Shown: one piece after another, positions 40,122-53,844 of the stretch | Position numbering within the stretch: position 1 is the first letter of the stretch | Layout: each line of letters opens with the position of its first letter | Assembly (NCBI RefSeq): GCF_028641065.1 | Contig: NC_073407.1 | Location: forward strand, 2,728,001 to 2,792,000 | Direction of reading: 5' to 3' | Length of the DNA: 64,000 bases | Source: Leucoraja erinacea | Taxonomy: Eukaryota | Notes under the pieces: generated by a model | Seen by the model: the letters and a program-made list of their open reading frames with translations, nothing else | What the model was told of the DNA's origin: nothing | Databases searched by the model: none | Position numbers and translations under genes: made by a program

Positions 40122-40263
40122 GGGATATTTAAATACTGTGAAATGTTGATCTGAGCTGCACAAATGCACAATAAGGGTTCCGTGAACCCTTACGTAATTC
40201 GGAATCACCATCACAATCTTCATTCCATGCCTGAAATAGCGTATAGAGTATTAATTGTCTCAG

Positions 40264-40311
40264 CGGTGTGCGGCTGCACTCGGCGCACTTTCTGCAGTCC
40301 ACAGCCTTTGG
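40264..40311 (+). CDS. Candidate 48-nt frame-preserving cassette exon of an unidentified host gene
   Basis: ttaattgtctcag| ... |gtaagt consensus sites, length divisible by 3, all three frames open, CpG-retaining non-repeat sequence. Confidence 0.45.
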
Positions 40312-40542
40312 GTAAGTACCACCACCATTGCCGGCTTGTTTCCGATGTAAACTTGAGTGACCAGTGTTATCGAAATGACAACGTCTTGATTGTACCAGGG
40401 ACAGAGCACAGATTTGTGTATGAGTTTACATAAGGTACATGCAGAAGTTGGGGAGTGTCCATGGAGAGAGAAAACAGTTATTAACACAGATGCACAACCT
40501 CCTGGCCAGTTCCGATCTGGGGAAAGGAAGTTCACTCGGAGG

Positions 40543-40636
40543 TCTGAAGAAGGGTTTCGGCCCGAAACGTCGCCTATTTTCTTCGCTCCATAGATGCTGC
40601 TGCACCCGCTGAGTTTCTCCAGCAATTTTGTGTACC
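40543..40636 (+). mobile_element. 94-bp mini-Penelope unit starting at the hammerhead core, with 12-bp TSD
   Basis: TSD ttcactcggagg at 40531-42 and 40637-48; insert tctgaagaagggtttcggcccgaaacgtcgcc... is near-identical to the reverse complement of 37289-37382. Confidence 0.92.
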
Positions 40637-40882
40637 TTCACTCGGAGGACTGTTTGGCTTCCTGTCCTATTTGCCAAAAGTGTTTTAAAAACTTATTTTG
40701 AGGACTCATAATTTGAGGTTTTGCTAGATCGGAGTGATATTAGTGGTCCATCGCTTTGCACAATTGACTGAATCAAAGATTTTTGGGTAGATTAAAAAAA
40801 AACATGTGTGGTGATCTTGAGGAACCAGAGGACATAGATTTAAGGTAAAGGGGGAAAGATTTTATGGGAATCTGAGTGGTAA

Positions 40883-41606
40883 TTCACCACCGGGTGGCAT
40901 CCGTAATGGCCGCCTCGCCAGCAGTCTGTCTTGTCCCTTCACTGTTTTTATTATTTTATTATTTATTGTTTTGAATTTTTGTTTTAATGTCTCTTGTGTA
41001 TGTTTTATGTTGTGGGGGGGGAGGTGGGGTTGGGGGAAACTTTTTCCAGTCACTTATCTCGGCGGAGATGCGATTTTTCTCCGTGTCGCATCTCCGTCCC
41101 CCCCTGCAGCCTACAACTTGGAGTGGTGCGGCCTTTCCTGGAGACCGACCCGGAGCTTTAAGCTGCAGGTGTGGTGCGGACCTACCATTGCGGAGCCTGG
41201 GATCTTTTGCCGAGGATCGCCAGTGTTGCAGCTCCGTCTGCGGGGCCTGTGGTCTTTAACACCGTGAGGCAGCGGTCTCCGGGAAGAATCGACCGACTCG
41301 GCAGCTCCATGCCGTGGAGTGTTCCGATCCGTCCTGACGCCGGAGTTTCGCTCATCCTGTCGAGAGGGCTTGAACAGCGGACTGTCGGCAACGGCCCCGT
41401 TCAAAGGCCCCGACCACGGGTGAACAAAGGAGGAAGATGACTGATCTTTATTGCCTTCCATCACAGCGAGGAATGTTAATTCCACTATGGTGGATGTTTA
41501 TGTTAAACTTTATTTTATGTGCAGTTTGTATGTTTGTTTTTTACTTAGTATGGCTGTATGGTAACTCAAACTGGTACGTGACAATTAAATTAAATCTTGA
41601 ATCTTG
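40883..41606 (+). mobile_element. About 720-bp non-autonomous retroposon inserted into a CR1 3' end (40825-40882 / 41607-41822)
   Basis: CR1 phrase ggtaa|ctttttcacacaaagggtgg is split. The element ends gtgacaattaaa..(cttgaa)n and has a 3' hairpin like that of 33036-33992. Confidence 0.75.
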
Positions 41607-42839
41607 AACTTTTTCACACAAAGGGTGGTGAGTGTATGCAACGACCTGCCGGAGGAGGTAGTTGATGCATGGATTATCGCAATGTTTACGAAGCAATTAA
41701 ACAGATACATGAATAGGACAGGCTTAGAGGGATATGAGCTAAATACAGGCGTGTAGACATGTTGGTCGGTATGGGCAAGTTGGGTCGAAGGGCTTGTTTC
41801 CACACTGTATGACTCGATGACTTTGTAACATGCAATGACAATCATGCCTATTGGATGGATCCACCTCAAGTAACAGCTCTTTCGTCATTGGGAGGACAAG
41901 ACTCAGGTGAACCCATCACGTAGCCTCCCTGTGGCAGACAGTGGGGACAGGCAGCCCGACTTTGTGACTGAGAATGGAACAGTGCGTTCATGGATCATAT
42001 AGTATGGAAAGAGGGACGAGAGCACTAACAGAGCCACATACAGTGGCGCAGATATTAGGTTGAGGGATTCAACAGCAGAAAATGTGAGGTAAAGTCAGAA
42101 ACATGAAATGGGAGCACTGGATGCACTATTAAGGAAGAGATTTGCTGGTGTTCAATGCAACATGCTTCACTTTGCCAATGGGCTGCATGGCTAACTTTTT
42201 CCGATTGTAATGCCTTCATTTGCTGCTATACTGCTGCAGTGGCATTCCTAATTTATTGCCAAGGACCAAAAATTCCCAAATCATCCTTGGTGTTAAAACA
42301 ACAAATAATTCTTCAGTAATGTGCTGGATATTGGACTGCTTAGGAATAAAGAAGGAATAAAGAGTAAAGGAGGACTAAAGCTACTACGAGGGGTGTAATT
42401 TGCAGTCTTGCGTAGCGTGCAGAGGTGTAGATTCCAATCCTGGAGATGGGATTGTCACTAATATCATGACATGGAGATTAAAAAAGATCTCTTGAGCTGT
42501 TGGATCCTTTCTGCTTGGCATCTACTGCATGTTTTGTTTTGTTTTTAAAGATAGTGCACTGGTAATTTTGCTGTTAATACCTGAGATAGCTTGGAAGGAT
42601 TCTGAGGCAGGCAACCAGAGATTTACCAACTATTTTATCAGTTATAATGGCTGAGTTATAGAAGCCTTCAGGAAGATTAACTTTCAAGCCAGAGAATCTG
42701 CTATGATTCCAGGTTACAGGTTGTAATTAATTGTTTCATGGCAGATGTCTTGCATGGCCTTTTTTTTTGGTTAAAGATAGGATATTGTAGACAATGTATG
42801 TTTGATACAAATAGCTGGGATAGTCAATTATTGTTCATA

Positions 42840-43102
42840 GGGTAGTGCAGCTGGTAGAGATGCTGCCTCACAGCGCCAGAGACTCGAGTTTGATCCTCAG
42901 GTGCTGTTATCGTGGAGCTTGTGACTGGGGTGCTCCGGTTTCCACCCATTTCCCAAAGTAGAGCGGAGTTGAGGGTTAATTGGCATCTGCAAATTGCCCC
43001 TGTTGTGTGGGATGGAAAAGTGCAATAACATAGAACTAGTGTGAACAGGTGATCGATAGTCGCTGTGGTCTGAAGGGCCTGTTTCCCTGCTGTATCTCTA
43101 AA
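42840..43102 (+). mobile_element. V-SINE/HE1-like SINE
   Basis: tgcctcacagcgccagagac head, gggtgctccggtttcc core, gaagggcctgtttcc..tgtatctctaaa tail. Confidence 0.85.
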
Positions 43103-44253
43103 TTAAGATTTTCCAATGAGTATGGGAGCAGATTCTAAGAAAATAAAATAAATAGGAAGGATCAAAACGACATTAGTGCATTGTAGACAGTCCTGGTGGA
43201 GGAAGTGAATAAAAGAATTTGCAGAAGCGTGCCACGTAACAGAATTGAGACAGGCAATCATCAAACCCAGGTGCCGCAGAAAGTAGCAAAGCTTGTTGCC
43301 ACAGTAAAGACCAGAAGCTGAGGGAAGTAAAGTTATGAATTAGTACAGAAGACTGTAGACTCTTATGCAATACAGCGACAGAGAAAAGCTGAGAACTAGC
43401 AATGCACCAAATTATTGCACAGCTCGAAAACAGCAAACAGCATGAAATGTAAATCACGTGGATTATTTTTTGGGGGGATGGTTTTTCTGGCGAAGGAGAT
43501 TGCAGATTTGATTATCCTCTGAGCCGGTCACCTTACAAGAATCTGGGAGCCAGCCAAGGTAGAGAGTGCAGCCATGATGACAGAGCAGAAGAGGAAGTTA
43601 AACACAGTCTGAGATAAATTCAATGAATAAAAACAGCATGCTGAAATGGGCTTTTGTGAATGAATAGATCAAAGAGAAATTCACAAGAAAACTATCAATG
43701 GAGGATTATTGTTGTTTATCATTTGTTCACGAGTACAGGGCTGCCAACATTGGGTGAGAGCTGAGAGTGAGAAATTGCGAGGGAGCTTAGCGACCATGGG
43801 GGGGAGGGTGTGGGAGGGAGCTTTTCCATTTTTCAGCTTGAAATTGTGCAATCTGGTGCATACTGTAGCGAGTCTTTTAACTTACACTTGAATGCAACAT
43901 TTATGCTTCAAATTGGATTAGGTATGAATAAGGTTAGCCTAAATTACATTCCACAGTAGAGCCAGGTTATGATCAACAGGTGCAGCACATGAATGACCTT
44001 AATATATTCATGTATGGAAATCAGATTATAATTCATGCTGTTATGCATATATATATATAGAGAGAGAAATAAAAACATAGAAACAAAGCAAGAGGAGTCA
44101 GACTTCTGCAGTTCCTTCTTAAAACAATTTGTGTACCTTCCATCACTGTTCTGCACAAATAAATCAATCAACCTTACCCTTTGACTATAGAAACAAGACA
44201 AAAATAATATCACATCTTCAACCGTATATGGTTCAATGAAATTAAGATATAAA

Positions 44254-44537
44254 ACATATATATGGAAACAGGCCCTTCGGCCCACCAAGTCCACACCGAC
44301 CAGAAATCTACCATACACCAGTTGTGTCCTACACGCCAGAGACAATTTACAGAAGGCAATTAACCTACAAACCTGCACTTCTTTTGCATGTGGGAGAAAC
44401 CGGAATATCCAGGGAAAACCATGTAGTCATAAGGAGAATGTACAAACACTGTACAGACAGCACCAGTAGTCAGGATCAAATCTGGGTCTGTGGTGCTGCA
44501 AGGCAGCAACTCTACCGCTGCGCCACCGTGCCACCCC
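44254..44537 (-). mobile_element. V-SINE/HE1-like SINE inside the composite element
   Basis: Reverse complement of the tRNA head (ggcagcaactctaccgctgcgccaccgtgcc) and of the tail (ggaaacaggcccttcggccc). Confidence 0.85.
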
Positions 44538-45418
44538 ATTAAATTATTTTTTCTGTTATATATTTATTATGGTGTCACGTCAATAAAGTGAACACATGAT
44601 TCTGATTTCTGCCCTTAGTTGGATAACACACATCTCCAGTCATTGTGTTTTATGGCTGGTTTTCAACCTCTTCAGTCTGAAGGTCTCGACCCGAACTACA
44701 CCCATTCATCTCTCCAGAAATGCTGCCTGTCCTGCTGAGTTATTCCAGTTTTTAGTGTCTGTTTTCAGTTTAAACCAGCACCTGCAGTTCCTTCCCCAAC
44801 TCTTTGTTAAGCGAAATAGGTCCTATTCTCATAATATTATTCACCTCAACTGTCTTTTCTTCACCTCCGTTGCTGCAGTTGCACCCTTTCTACGGCGTGT
44901 CATACTTACAGCATGGAAACAGGCCCTTCATCCCAACTTGTCCATGCAGATCAAGATTCCTCATGTAAACTAGTCCCATTTATCAGCATTTGGCCCAGTG
45001 TGTGTGTAAGGGTATGTGTTAGGTTGTGTGTGAGAGTGTGTGTCAGTGAAGCTGTGACAACACCCGGAGTGAGTGGAGACTTGGTGATGTCCGGGGAGCA
45101 TTTCCCTCTCTCCCCCCCTCCCCGGGAATGCGGGCCGGCCCAGGTGCTCTGTGTCCAGCTGGGATCCTGGGGAGGTGAGGGTCAGTGACCCAGGGGGTCG
45201 GGCATTGGAGCGGAGCTGTAGCCTGAGATTCATCCCCGCGGCTCCCGAGGCGGCACTGACGCCCTCACTCACCCAGTCCGCTCCTGGCTCCAGGCCAGGG
45301 TTAAAACTCCATGCGGTGTGCACAGAGCCACCGACGGACACAGAGCCGCCGGAGGTGAGAGTGGGAGGTGTGAGCGGTGCCTCGGGGGGGGGGACCACTG
45401 CCGTGTCTCACCTATAAC

Positions 45419-46453
<1,035 letters not shown>

Positions 46454-48185
46454 CCTGTCACACCATCTGCACGGGAATGTGAATGCGGGTGAGCGATAGA
46501 CAGAAATGCTGGAGAAATGCTTGAGTCCGAAGAAGAGTCAAACTCAGGCATAGATGCTGCCTCACCTGCTGAGTTTCTCCAGCATTTTTGTCTACATTGC
46601 CATTTTAAGTAGTGTGCGATGGGCTTAAGCCAATTAAATTGCTCGTTCTTTACGGTAAACCCGCCGGCAGAAAACTATTCTTATTGGAGAGTGTGAGAAT
46701 TTCGTCAAAAGCGTGAGTCTCACGCTCAATGCGTGGGAGTTGGCCGCCCTGCGAGTAAAACCATGACATCTAGTTATAGTGTAGTGATTTGTATGGTAAT
46801 GGGAAAAACAATTAGAGGAAGGGTAAAACTTGGAGCAAGCAGTAAGTAGTGAGGAAAAGTAGATGGAGGAAAAGGGCAATGAATAGCAGTAAATGAGCAA
46901 GGCCATTCTCCTTTGTCTGCTCCCAAACTTGTGTTTAAACATTTTTTTCCAAGAAAAATCTGGCCGTAAATATAGAAGTCTCATAAAATATTATTGCTCA
47001 CGTAAGCAAGGACGAGGTATTGTGCAAAATGAAAAATGGCTATTTATGTTTCCACTTGATTACGGGAGATAAAATCTCAATAAAAATGAATTTTACAGAG
47101 TTAATTCCTTCAACTCAATCCAGAGACCATTCTAAAATGTTGAATGACTAAAGACACAATACAAGGTATATTGGATAGCTGCACTGTAATGAACTTCAGC
47201 TGAGTGACAGCATCTATTAAAGTAAAGTTTAACTGTTGTTCTCATGGGAAGCTCACGTGGCTTAGTTTAGCAAATATGTAATAGACAAATCTTGGTAATC
47301 ACTAAAACCCCAGTGACGTAATTGATTTATATTTTCATTAGAATAGGTTCAGCAATAGTCATTTCTCAATCTAAGATTCACTTTCAAAACTAAACTAAAA
47401 ATCATCTTTTTTAAATATAAAATTGACTCGGCAATCACAACTAGAGATTTGGAATCCACAGAAGTTGCAGATGTTTAAAGATCTACACAACCAAAGCAAA
47501 ATATTTAACATCCACAAAAAGGTTCTGCATGAACTTAAAATAATCTATCGGACACATAGCTACATAACGAATGTCAACTCAAGCTACATTCAAAAGAATA
47601 AAAGTATATCTCGCATATAGAGATAACAAATTTTAGAATTAAAGTAGATAATACTGAAAGGTTAAGTGTTATGTAGTTAGTGTGGAGAAGGGAAGAGACT
47701 CAGGCACCTGGCATAATTCCAGGAGCCTGTTTCTGGTTAACCCTTACAGCTAACAGCTTACTATTATCAAAGGTATAACTAATTATAAATAATTAGTAGA
47801 TGAAAGTGTTAGATAAATAAATTTCACAGTAGCTGAACACAGATCTGATAAGTCTGAATGAAATATATATATATATAGTGTAATTGGGTGAAATATAATT
47901 GATTTTGAAATGGCGCCGCCTTCCTAGTTTTGAGTAATAAAAGGAGCGGAGCTAATTGTACATCAACTTCGGATGTCGAATAAATGTCGAATCCCACAGA
48001 CGCGTGGGACACGCACTACAGTGTCGAACACTTCAGACTGTAATTTTACTTGTTCAATTTTTTTTTAAATCACAATATGTCACTACTATGTGTTTTTTTT
48101 TCAAGGAAAATCGCAAAAGGTCACCCCTTTTGAAATGTTTTCCATGATATGCAGATATTTACGATGAATATTGTATGTCCTAGAA

Positions 48186-48610
48186 CAGGGGTCAGCAACC
48201 TTGTTCTGCATAGGGGCAAGGACCTATGTCTGTGAGCGGATGGCGGGCCACATCTATCGCCATGGTTAATAAATGGAGGTAATAATAACACATACTAACT
48301 AAATTAGTAATTAGTAATAATACATACTAATAATACAGAAATTAGTAATAATACATACTAATAACACATATTAACTAGAGTGACACTTGATGTTGTTTTT
48401 CGCATTAGTTTTCACGTGTTTTTCAATTAGTTTTCTGCAGTTCCCAGATCCCTCGCACTGGCTGCAGTTCCCAGTTCACCTGCGTGCCCCGGGACTGGCT
48501 GTAGTGCTCAGGTGGCCTGCGTGCCCCGGGACTAAAATACGCCTGCAGGCCGGTTGATTTTGGGGTTGCGGGCCGGATCCGGCCTGTGGGCCATAGGTTG
48601 CCGACCTCTG
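48186..48610. mobile_element. hAT (Charlie/MER1-like) MITE with 8-bp TSD
   Basis: TIR caggggtcagcaacc / ggttgccgacctctg; TSD tcctagaa at 48178-85 and 48611-18. Confidence 0.92.
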
Positions 48611-49353
48611 TCCTAGAAACTGATTAGACTTTTTATTTCAGAGGGTGATGGGTATTTGGAACAGGTTGCTAGTGGAGATAGTTTAGGCAGGTACTATAAT
48701 AACATTTACAATATATTTGGAAAGGCACATGGATGAATTTAGCTGAAGAGAATGTTGCCATGTTATAATGTCAACATTATAACCTGATATGCAGGAGTTA
48801 ACACGTCAGGCTTTGGATCCGAGATGAACTGCAGCGTGCTCCTCTGCCTGCTCCCACTTCCTTCTTGGCCATGTCATTTTTCCAGATGTCCTCAGCATTG
48901 GTTCCCCACTAATGCTATCCTGTTTAAATGTTCCTGGATCTATGCTACTCGACAGCAGTCTCCAAAGCTACACATATGTTGACTTAGTTCATAGTTAGCA
49001 ATACCTACCTTTTCCTCAACACTGTGGCAAGTATTTTCTGTCCTTCCAGATGTATCTTTTCCTATTAGGTCTTTTTTTGCACCTATCTAGGCATATTTAA
49101 AGACACCCTAATATTTTCATCAAGGGATTAACCTACATTCTTATTTTACATTTTGGAGTGAGCAAATTTCCCTGCGTGATTTTAACTTTCATCTCATCTT
49201 CTCTTGTCTTCTGAATTCACTGCTTTCCTTAAGCCTTTGTTTTCTCAGCCTGTTATCTCCTTTGTTTATTCCTGTGAAATTAAACACAGACAGTTGTATC
49301 CTTGTTAAAGCTGTCTTTCAGCACTGCATCCATCACCATTTTATTTTGTACCA

Positions 49354-49484
49354 ATGTGTAGGAAAGAACTGCAGATGCTGGTTTAAATGGAAGGTAGACA
49401 CAAAATGATGGAGTAACTCAGTGGGTCAGGCAGCATCTCTGGAGAAAAGGAATGGGCAACGTTTCGGGTCGAGATCCTCTTCAG
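49354..49484 (-). mobile_element. Mini-Penelope unit with ~19-bp TSD
   Basis: TSD accatttt(t)attttgtacca at 49335-53 and 49485-504; the unit's 5' end lies at the CUGAAGA core (tcttcag). Confidence 0.85.
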
Positions 49485-50829
49485 ACCATTTTTATTTTGT
49501 ACCAGGCTCGGTTTAGCCACCTGTCTGGTAATATTGCGAAACCACTGATTTGGCCTATTCTCTATCAGTGCAGAATTATTCAGGAGAGCAAAATCATTGT
49601 GAATTGCTTTACCACACAACCAACCACCTCCAAACTCCTTGCTCCTATCCTCTTCACCTTCATCTCCAATAACTAATGAATAGAATATCCATTGCTCTGC
49701 CTCTCCATAAAAACACATCATCCTTCAACCCCATGTGCCAGACAGATGTCATAACTTTTTCCTGACTTCTTTGAACTTAAGGTTAATTTTTCTCCACTTG
49801 ATCTAGTTATTGCTCAACTATTGACTAACGAAGCTTTCCTTCTTGAATACTTTTTGAACAGATGTTATAAATAGTTCCTTATGCTCAGTTACTGCCTCTT
49901 TTCAAAATTCCACAAATTAGAAAAAAACACATTTTTGGCTGAACAAAAATGCTACCCTTTCTAGGCATTATAGATGATCACTACATACCCCAGCACCTTC
50001 CTCCCTTTCCCTTATCTTTGCTCACTAATCTTTGCTGTGCCAATATTTGTCTAGGAATTACTTTTCATGAACCTTGCTTTAAGCCCCCTCTGCCATGAAC
50101 ATCCCCCCAGCCTCCCTCCTTGCTTTGTCCTCTCTTAAAGGACGTCCTTGGTAATTCCTCCTACCTTCTATAATTAGCAACCATTTTCTTTATATATTTG
50201 TGAAGCGTTTTGGGATGTTATTTCTACGTTAAAGGAATCATGTGGATATCTGTTATTTTTATTGGCTGTACAAAGTTTGAATTAAAAATATACATTCTGG
50301 CACGTTGCACAGCTTTAAATTACTTGTTAATTGCTTTAATTATCCAACTCAGAGCTAGTTTGTTTGTGAAATACAAAAGAACTATCAATTTAGTGCTGGG
50401 GGTTGTTGGTTGCATATTGATTGGATACTGAAGGAGCAGATTAACTCAGTGCTTGTGGACACATCGAGCCATGTTAAAAAGCTACTCAATTTCTAAGGCA
50501 GAAACTGCATTTGAATGTTATTGTTTGAATGTGAATACAGTGAATGAACTACATCTGTTATTGAGAGTGATGGAGTTGTAAATTTGCAAAAAGGCTAGTT
50601 TACTTCATCATTATTGCCATCTGTGAGCACCATCAGGAAAATATAGATGTGTGATTTGTCACCTCTTGGTTAGCAGATAAAGCTGTGCAATCTCCACTGC
50701 TGGAAAATCTAGCTGGAGTCTGTTTGCTTGTGAATGTGAATTACACGCTGGCTGTTTCATGGGACAATGCATCGCTTCTGCCCCCTTTGTCCGAACAACT
50801 GAAATAGCTGTCAAAAGGTGTTCAATAAG

Positions 50830-51360
50830 ATGCCAGAGAAAAGGTTACTTTGCAAACAAAAGTCCCATAGTATCAGAGTAATGTACTAACATGGGTGGAG
50901 AAGTGGCCAGCGAGCCAGAAGAGTGAGAATGGATAAGGGGGTCATTTTAGTTTTGACAATCTGTAGCCAGTGGGGCGTCGCGGGCATCCGTGCTGGGACT
51001 GTAGTTATTTACTGTAGAATGATTCCAAGGAAGGAAGCAAGTGCATGCAGCCGATCTTAAACAAGGATACACAAGTATTGTTAAGCGGAGGGGGGGGGGG
51101 GGGGGGGGTGGTGGAGGAGGGGGGGAGGCAGGCTGTGAGGAAATATAACAGCTTACTGAGATTGATAGGTTGAGAGTCTCTGGAATTCCTTTTGCCAGAA
51201 AGTTGTGGAGGGTGTATTCTGTGAAGGATAGATGTTTAACCAGTCAGGGAATAGAGGGTTATGAGGTGAGGCAGAACAGTCAATTTCAGGAAAGTTGGAT
51301 CAGCCCTGACCTTATTGATTGGTACTGTAGGCTTGAGGGGCTGAATGATGTACTTCTATT
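50830..51360 (+). mobile_element. Old CR1 fragments
   Basis: aaggttactttgcaaacaaaagtcccatag.., gtagccagtggggcgtcgcgggcatccgtgctggga (GVPQGSVLG-like), tail gaggggctgaatg. Confidence 0.55.
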
Positions 51361-53844
51361 CTTCTTTCTCTTGCTCTTCTGGTCTGTCAGCGAGAAGGCA
51401 CTTAAAATGTACAGGTGCACTGCTATTACATTGTTCTGAATGTTTCTGTCATTTGGAGACTGCAAATCAATTCATGGAACCACAAAACAATGCAGTGAAT
51501 AGATGCTCTGGAGTGACTAGCTATTAGTCTGAATGGCTAAGGGCTGTTTTGTTTATCGTGAGTTGCATATTTAGTTTTGTTCAATGGAGACTAGCTGCAG
51601 CTTTTATTCCCAAGCATCAAGGCCAGGTCAGGAACAAGTGGAACAAGCTGTAAGTCAGTTATCACAGCGACATTGTTGACAGTGAGATTGTGGAAAAAAC
51701 ATTTTGCATGGAGGAAATGTAGCTTAGTAGCTTCTTGGCACCAAGTCTTGTTATCCCTCAGTGGAAATGTACCATCTCTGTGAAGTGCGTGTATCTGTAA
51801 AGTTCCCCTTTAGATTGCATGTTTATTGTTAGCTTTTTCCAAATATGTCAATGATGAACACCATTTTTGCAAAAGTTAGAGTAAGAAGGAGCTGCAGATG
51901 TTGGTTACATTGAAGATAGGCACAAAAAGCTGGAGTAACTTCACAGGCAGCATCTCTGGACAAAAGGAATAGTTGACGTATAGGGGTTGAAGTTACATTG
52001 TGACGCAGTTTTGTTTCAGGAAAACATTAATATCAAAATGTTGTATTCAGAATGATGGATCGCACAGCTGTTCCTTAGTACAGTGAGAGCTAGAAACAAT
52101 TTGGAGGTTTATTTCCCTCGTGTTTTAACACAGTACCCAAACGCATGATGCTGGATAAAGGGGTAGAGATGTGCAATGCTTGTCCACTTCCCTACAATTT
52201 CCTATCTCTACTTTCATCAGCTGTTCCAGATGGATGTCCAAGTGAAGGAGAAACATAGGTAGTTGGCGATAGACCTTGTCCATGGTCTGTGTAAATTAGA
52301 GCTCCTCAAGGCCAGCCAGTGAAACAAGTGAACCATGGACAATGTGCCTGCTTTTCAGCCACCCCTAGATGGTGGTATCATTATATGTAGTTGAAATAAA
52401 GAGCTGCAGATGATAGATACTGCATTAGGATAGGAGCTGAAAAGATTAAGCTTGTGTAGTTCAAATGAGTTGTTTATCTTGTAGCTTAATGCAGCATGGA
52501 GGCTGAACGCATTAGAAACAGTGAAATGGAGACCAGAAGAAGTCAGCCTTTGAAATGTGTCAGTCTTCAAAAATGGGTTTATTTAGCTGAAATAACATGA
52601 TGGTAAATAAAGTAAACCCTTGGTGTTACGGGCTACAGATGGGAAATGGTATCCGTTATTGCCGATTGTCCGCTGTAACCAAGTACGGTATTGTCATTTG
52701 TATTGTATATGTAGTTGAAATAAAGAGCTGCAGATGATAGTTCATACACACAAGGACACAAAGTGCCAGAATAATTCAGCAGATCAGGCAACAGCTCTGG
52801 AGAACATGGATAGGTGACGTCAGGAACCTTCGTCAGACTGATTCAGTCTGCTGAGTTAGTCCAACACTTTGTTTCTTTTCATCTTAAAACAAGGCGTTGA
52901 TGCTGCTGGTCTGCACCAACAAGCCCTTCTTCACCAGCTGCTGCACGGTCCCATCAAGGCGGCTGTTGTCGCGGCCCACATTATAACCCCTGCCCATCAG
53001 TACTTTCTTCAGGCCTCAGCCAACAACAAGATGCACTTGGTCACCCTGGGGCTCCCTCCCCTCTCACCAGTAACCCCCTTCTTCCTGTCGGCTATCACTC
53101 TGTACACTACCCACTTCCAAGGCGGAAGTTGGTGCCTCCGGAGGAGAGGCTGAGTGGACAAAGCGATGGGAGAAGGAGCTGAAAACTAGGCATGATGCGC
53201 TGATCTGCAGCAGGAAGCCCACCTTTACCAGCCATTGCACCATCCGGTTCAAGCGGCTGATTTTGCGGCTCATGTTGTAGCCCCTGGGGACACCGCGTTC
53301 TTCAGGCTGCAGGTACTGACAGGATGCACTTGGTCACCACGGGGCTCCCTCCCCTCTCATCAGCTGCCACTTCTTCCTATCGGCCATTGCTTTGTCTGTT
53401 CCCATTTGGCCTCTCCACTGCCACCTCCTCCTCCTTCCCCCACAGTCGCAGAAATCTGTTAAGGTGGAGTATATCAGGGACGGGAGGGGTGAAGGAGGAG
53501 AGGATGGGTAGGGATGGGGGGGGGGGGGATAGAGAGGTGAGAGATGGCGACGGTGGAGAGGGGAGTGGACATAGTGATGGGCCGACAAGTGGACGCAGCA
53601 GCTGCTGAGATCGGAGGGTGCCGCACGGTAACAAGCGGCCTATCAGTGGCAGCAGCCTGAAGAAAGCGCTGTCTCCAGGGGCTACAACGTGAGCGGCAAC
53701 AACAACCGTGACAACAAGAAGGTCTCACTGGTGCAGGTCGGCAGGTCTGTCAACTATAACCGAGATCCATGATAAAGGGGTCCATTAGAACAAGGAAAGG
53801 AAAGAAAGGAAATACGTTTTATGGTTGGAATCCTCAGACTAAAT

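Noticed and set aside
47910-47920. Retroviral primer-binding site tggcgcc
   Set aside because: Only 7 nt match, with no LTR pair or gag/pol nearby.
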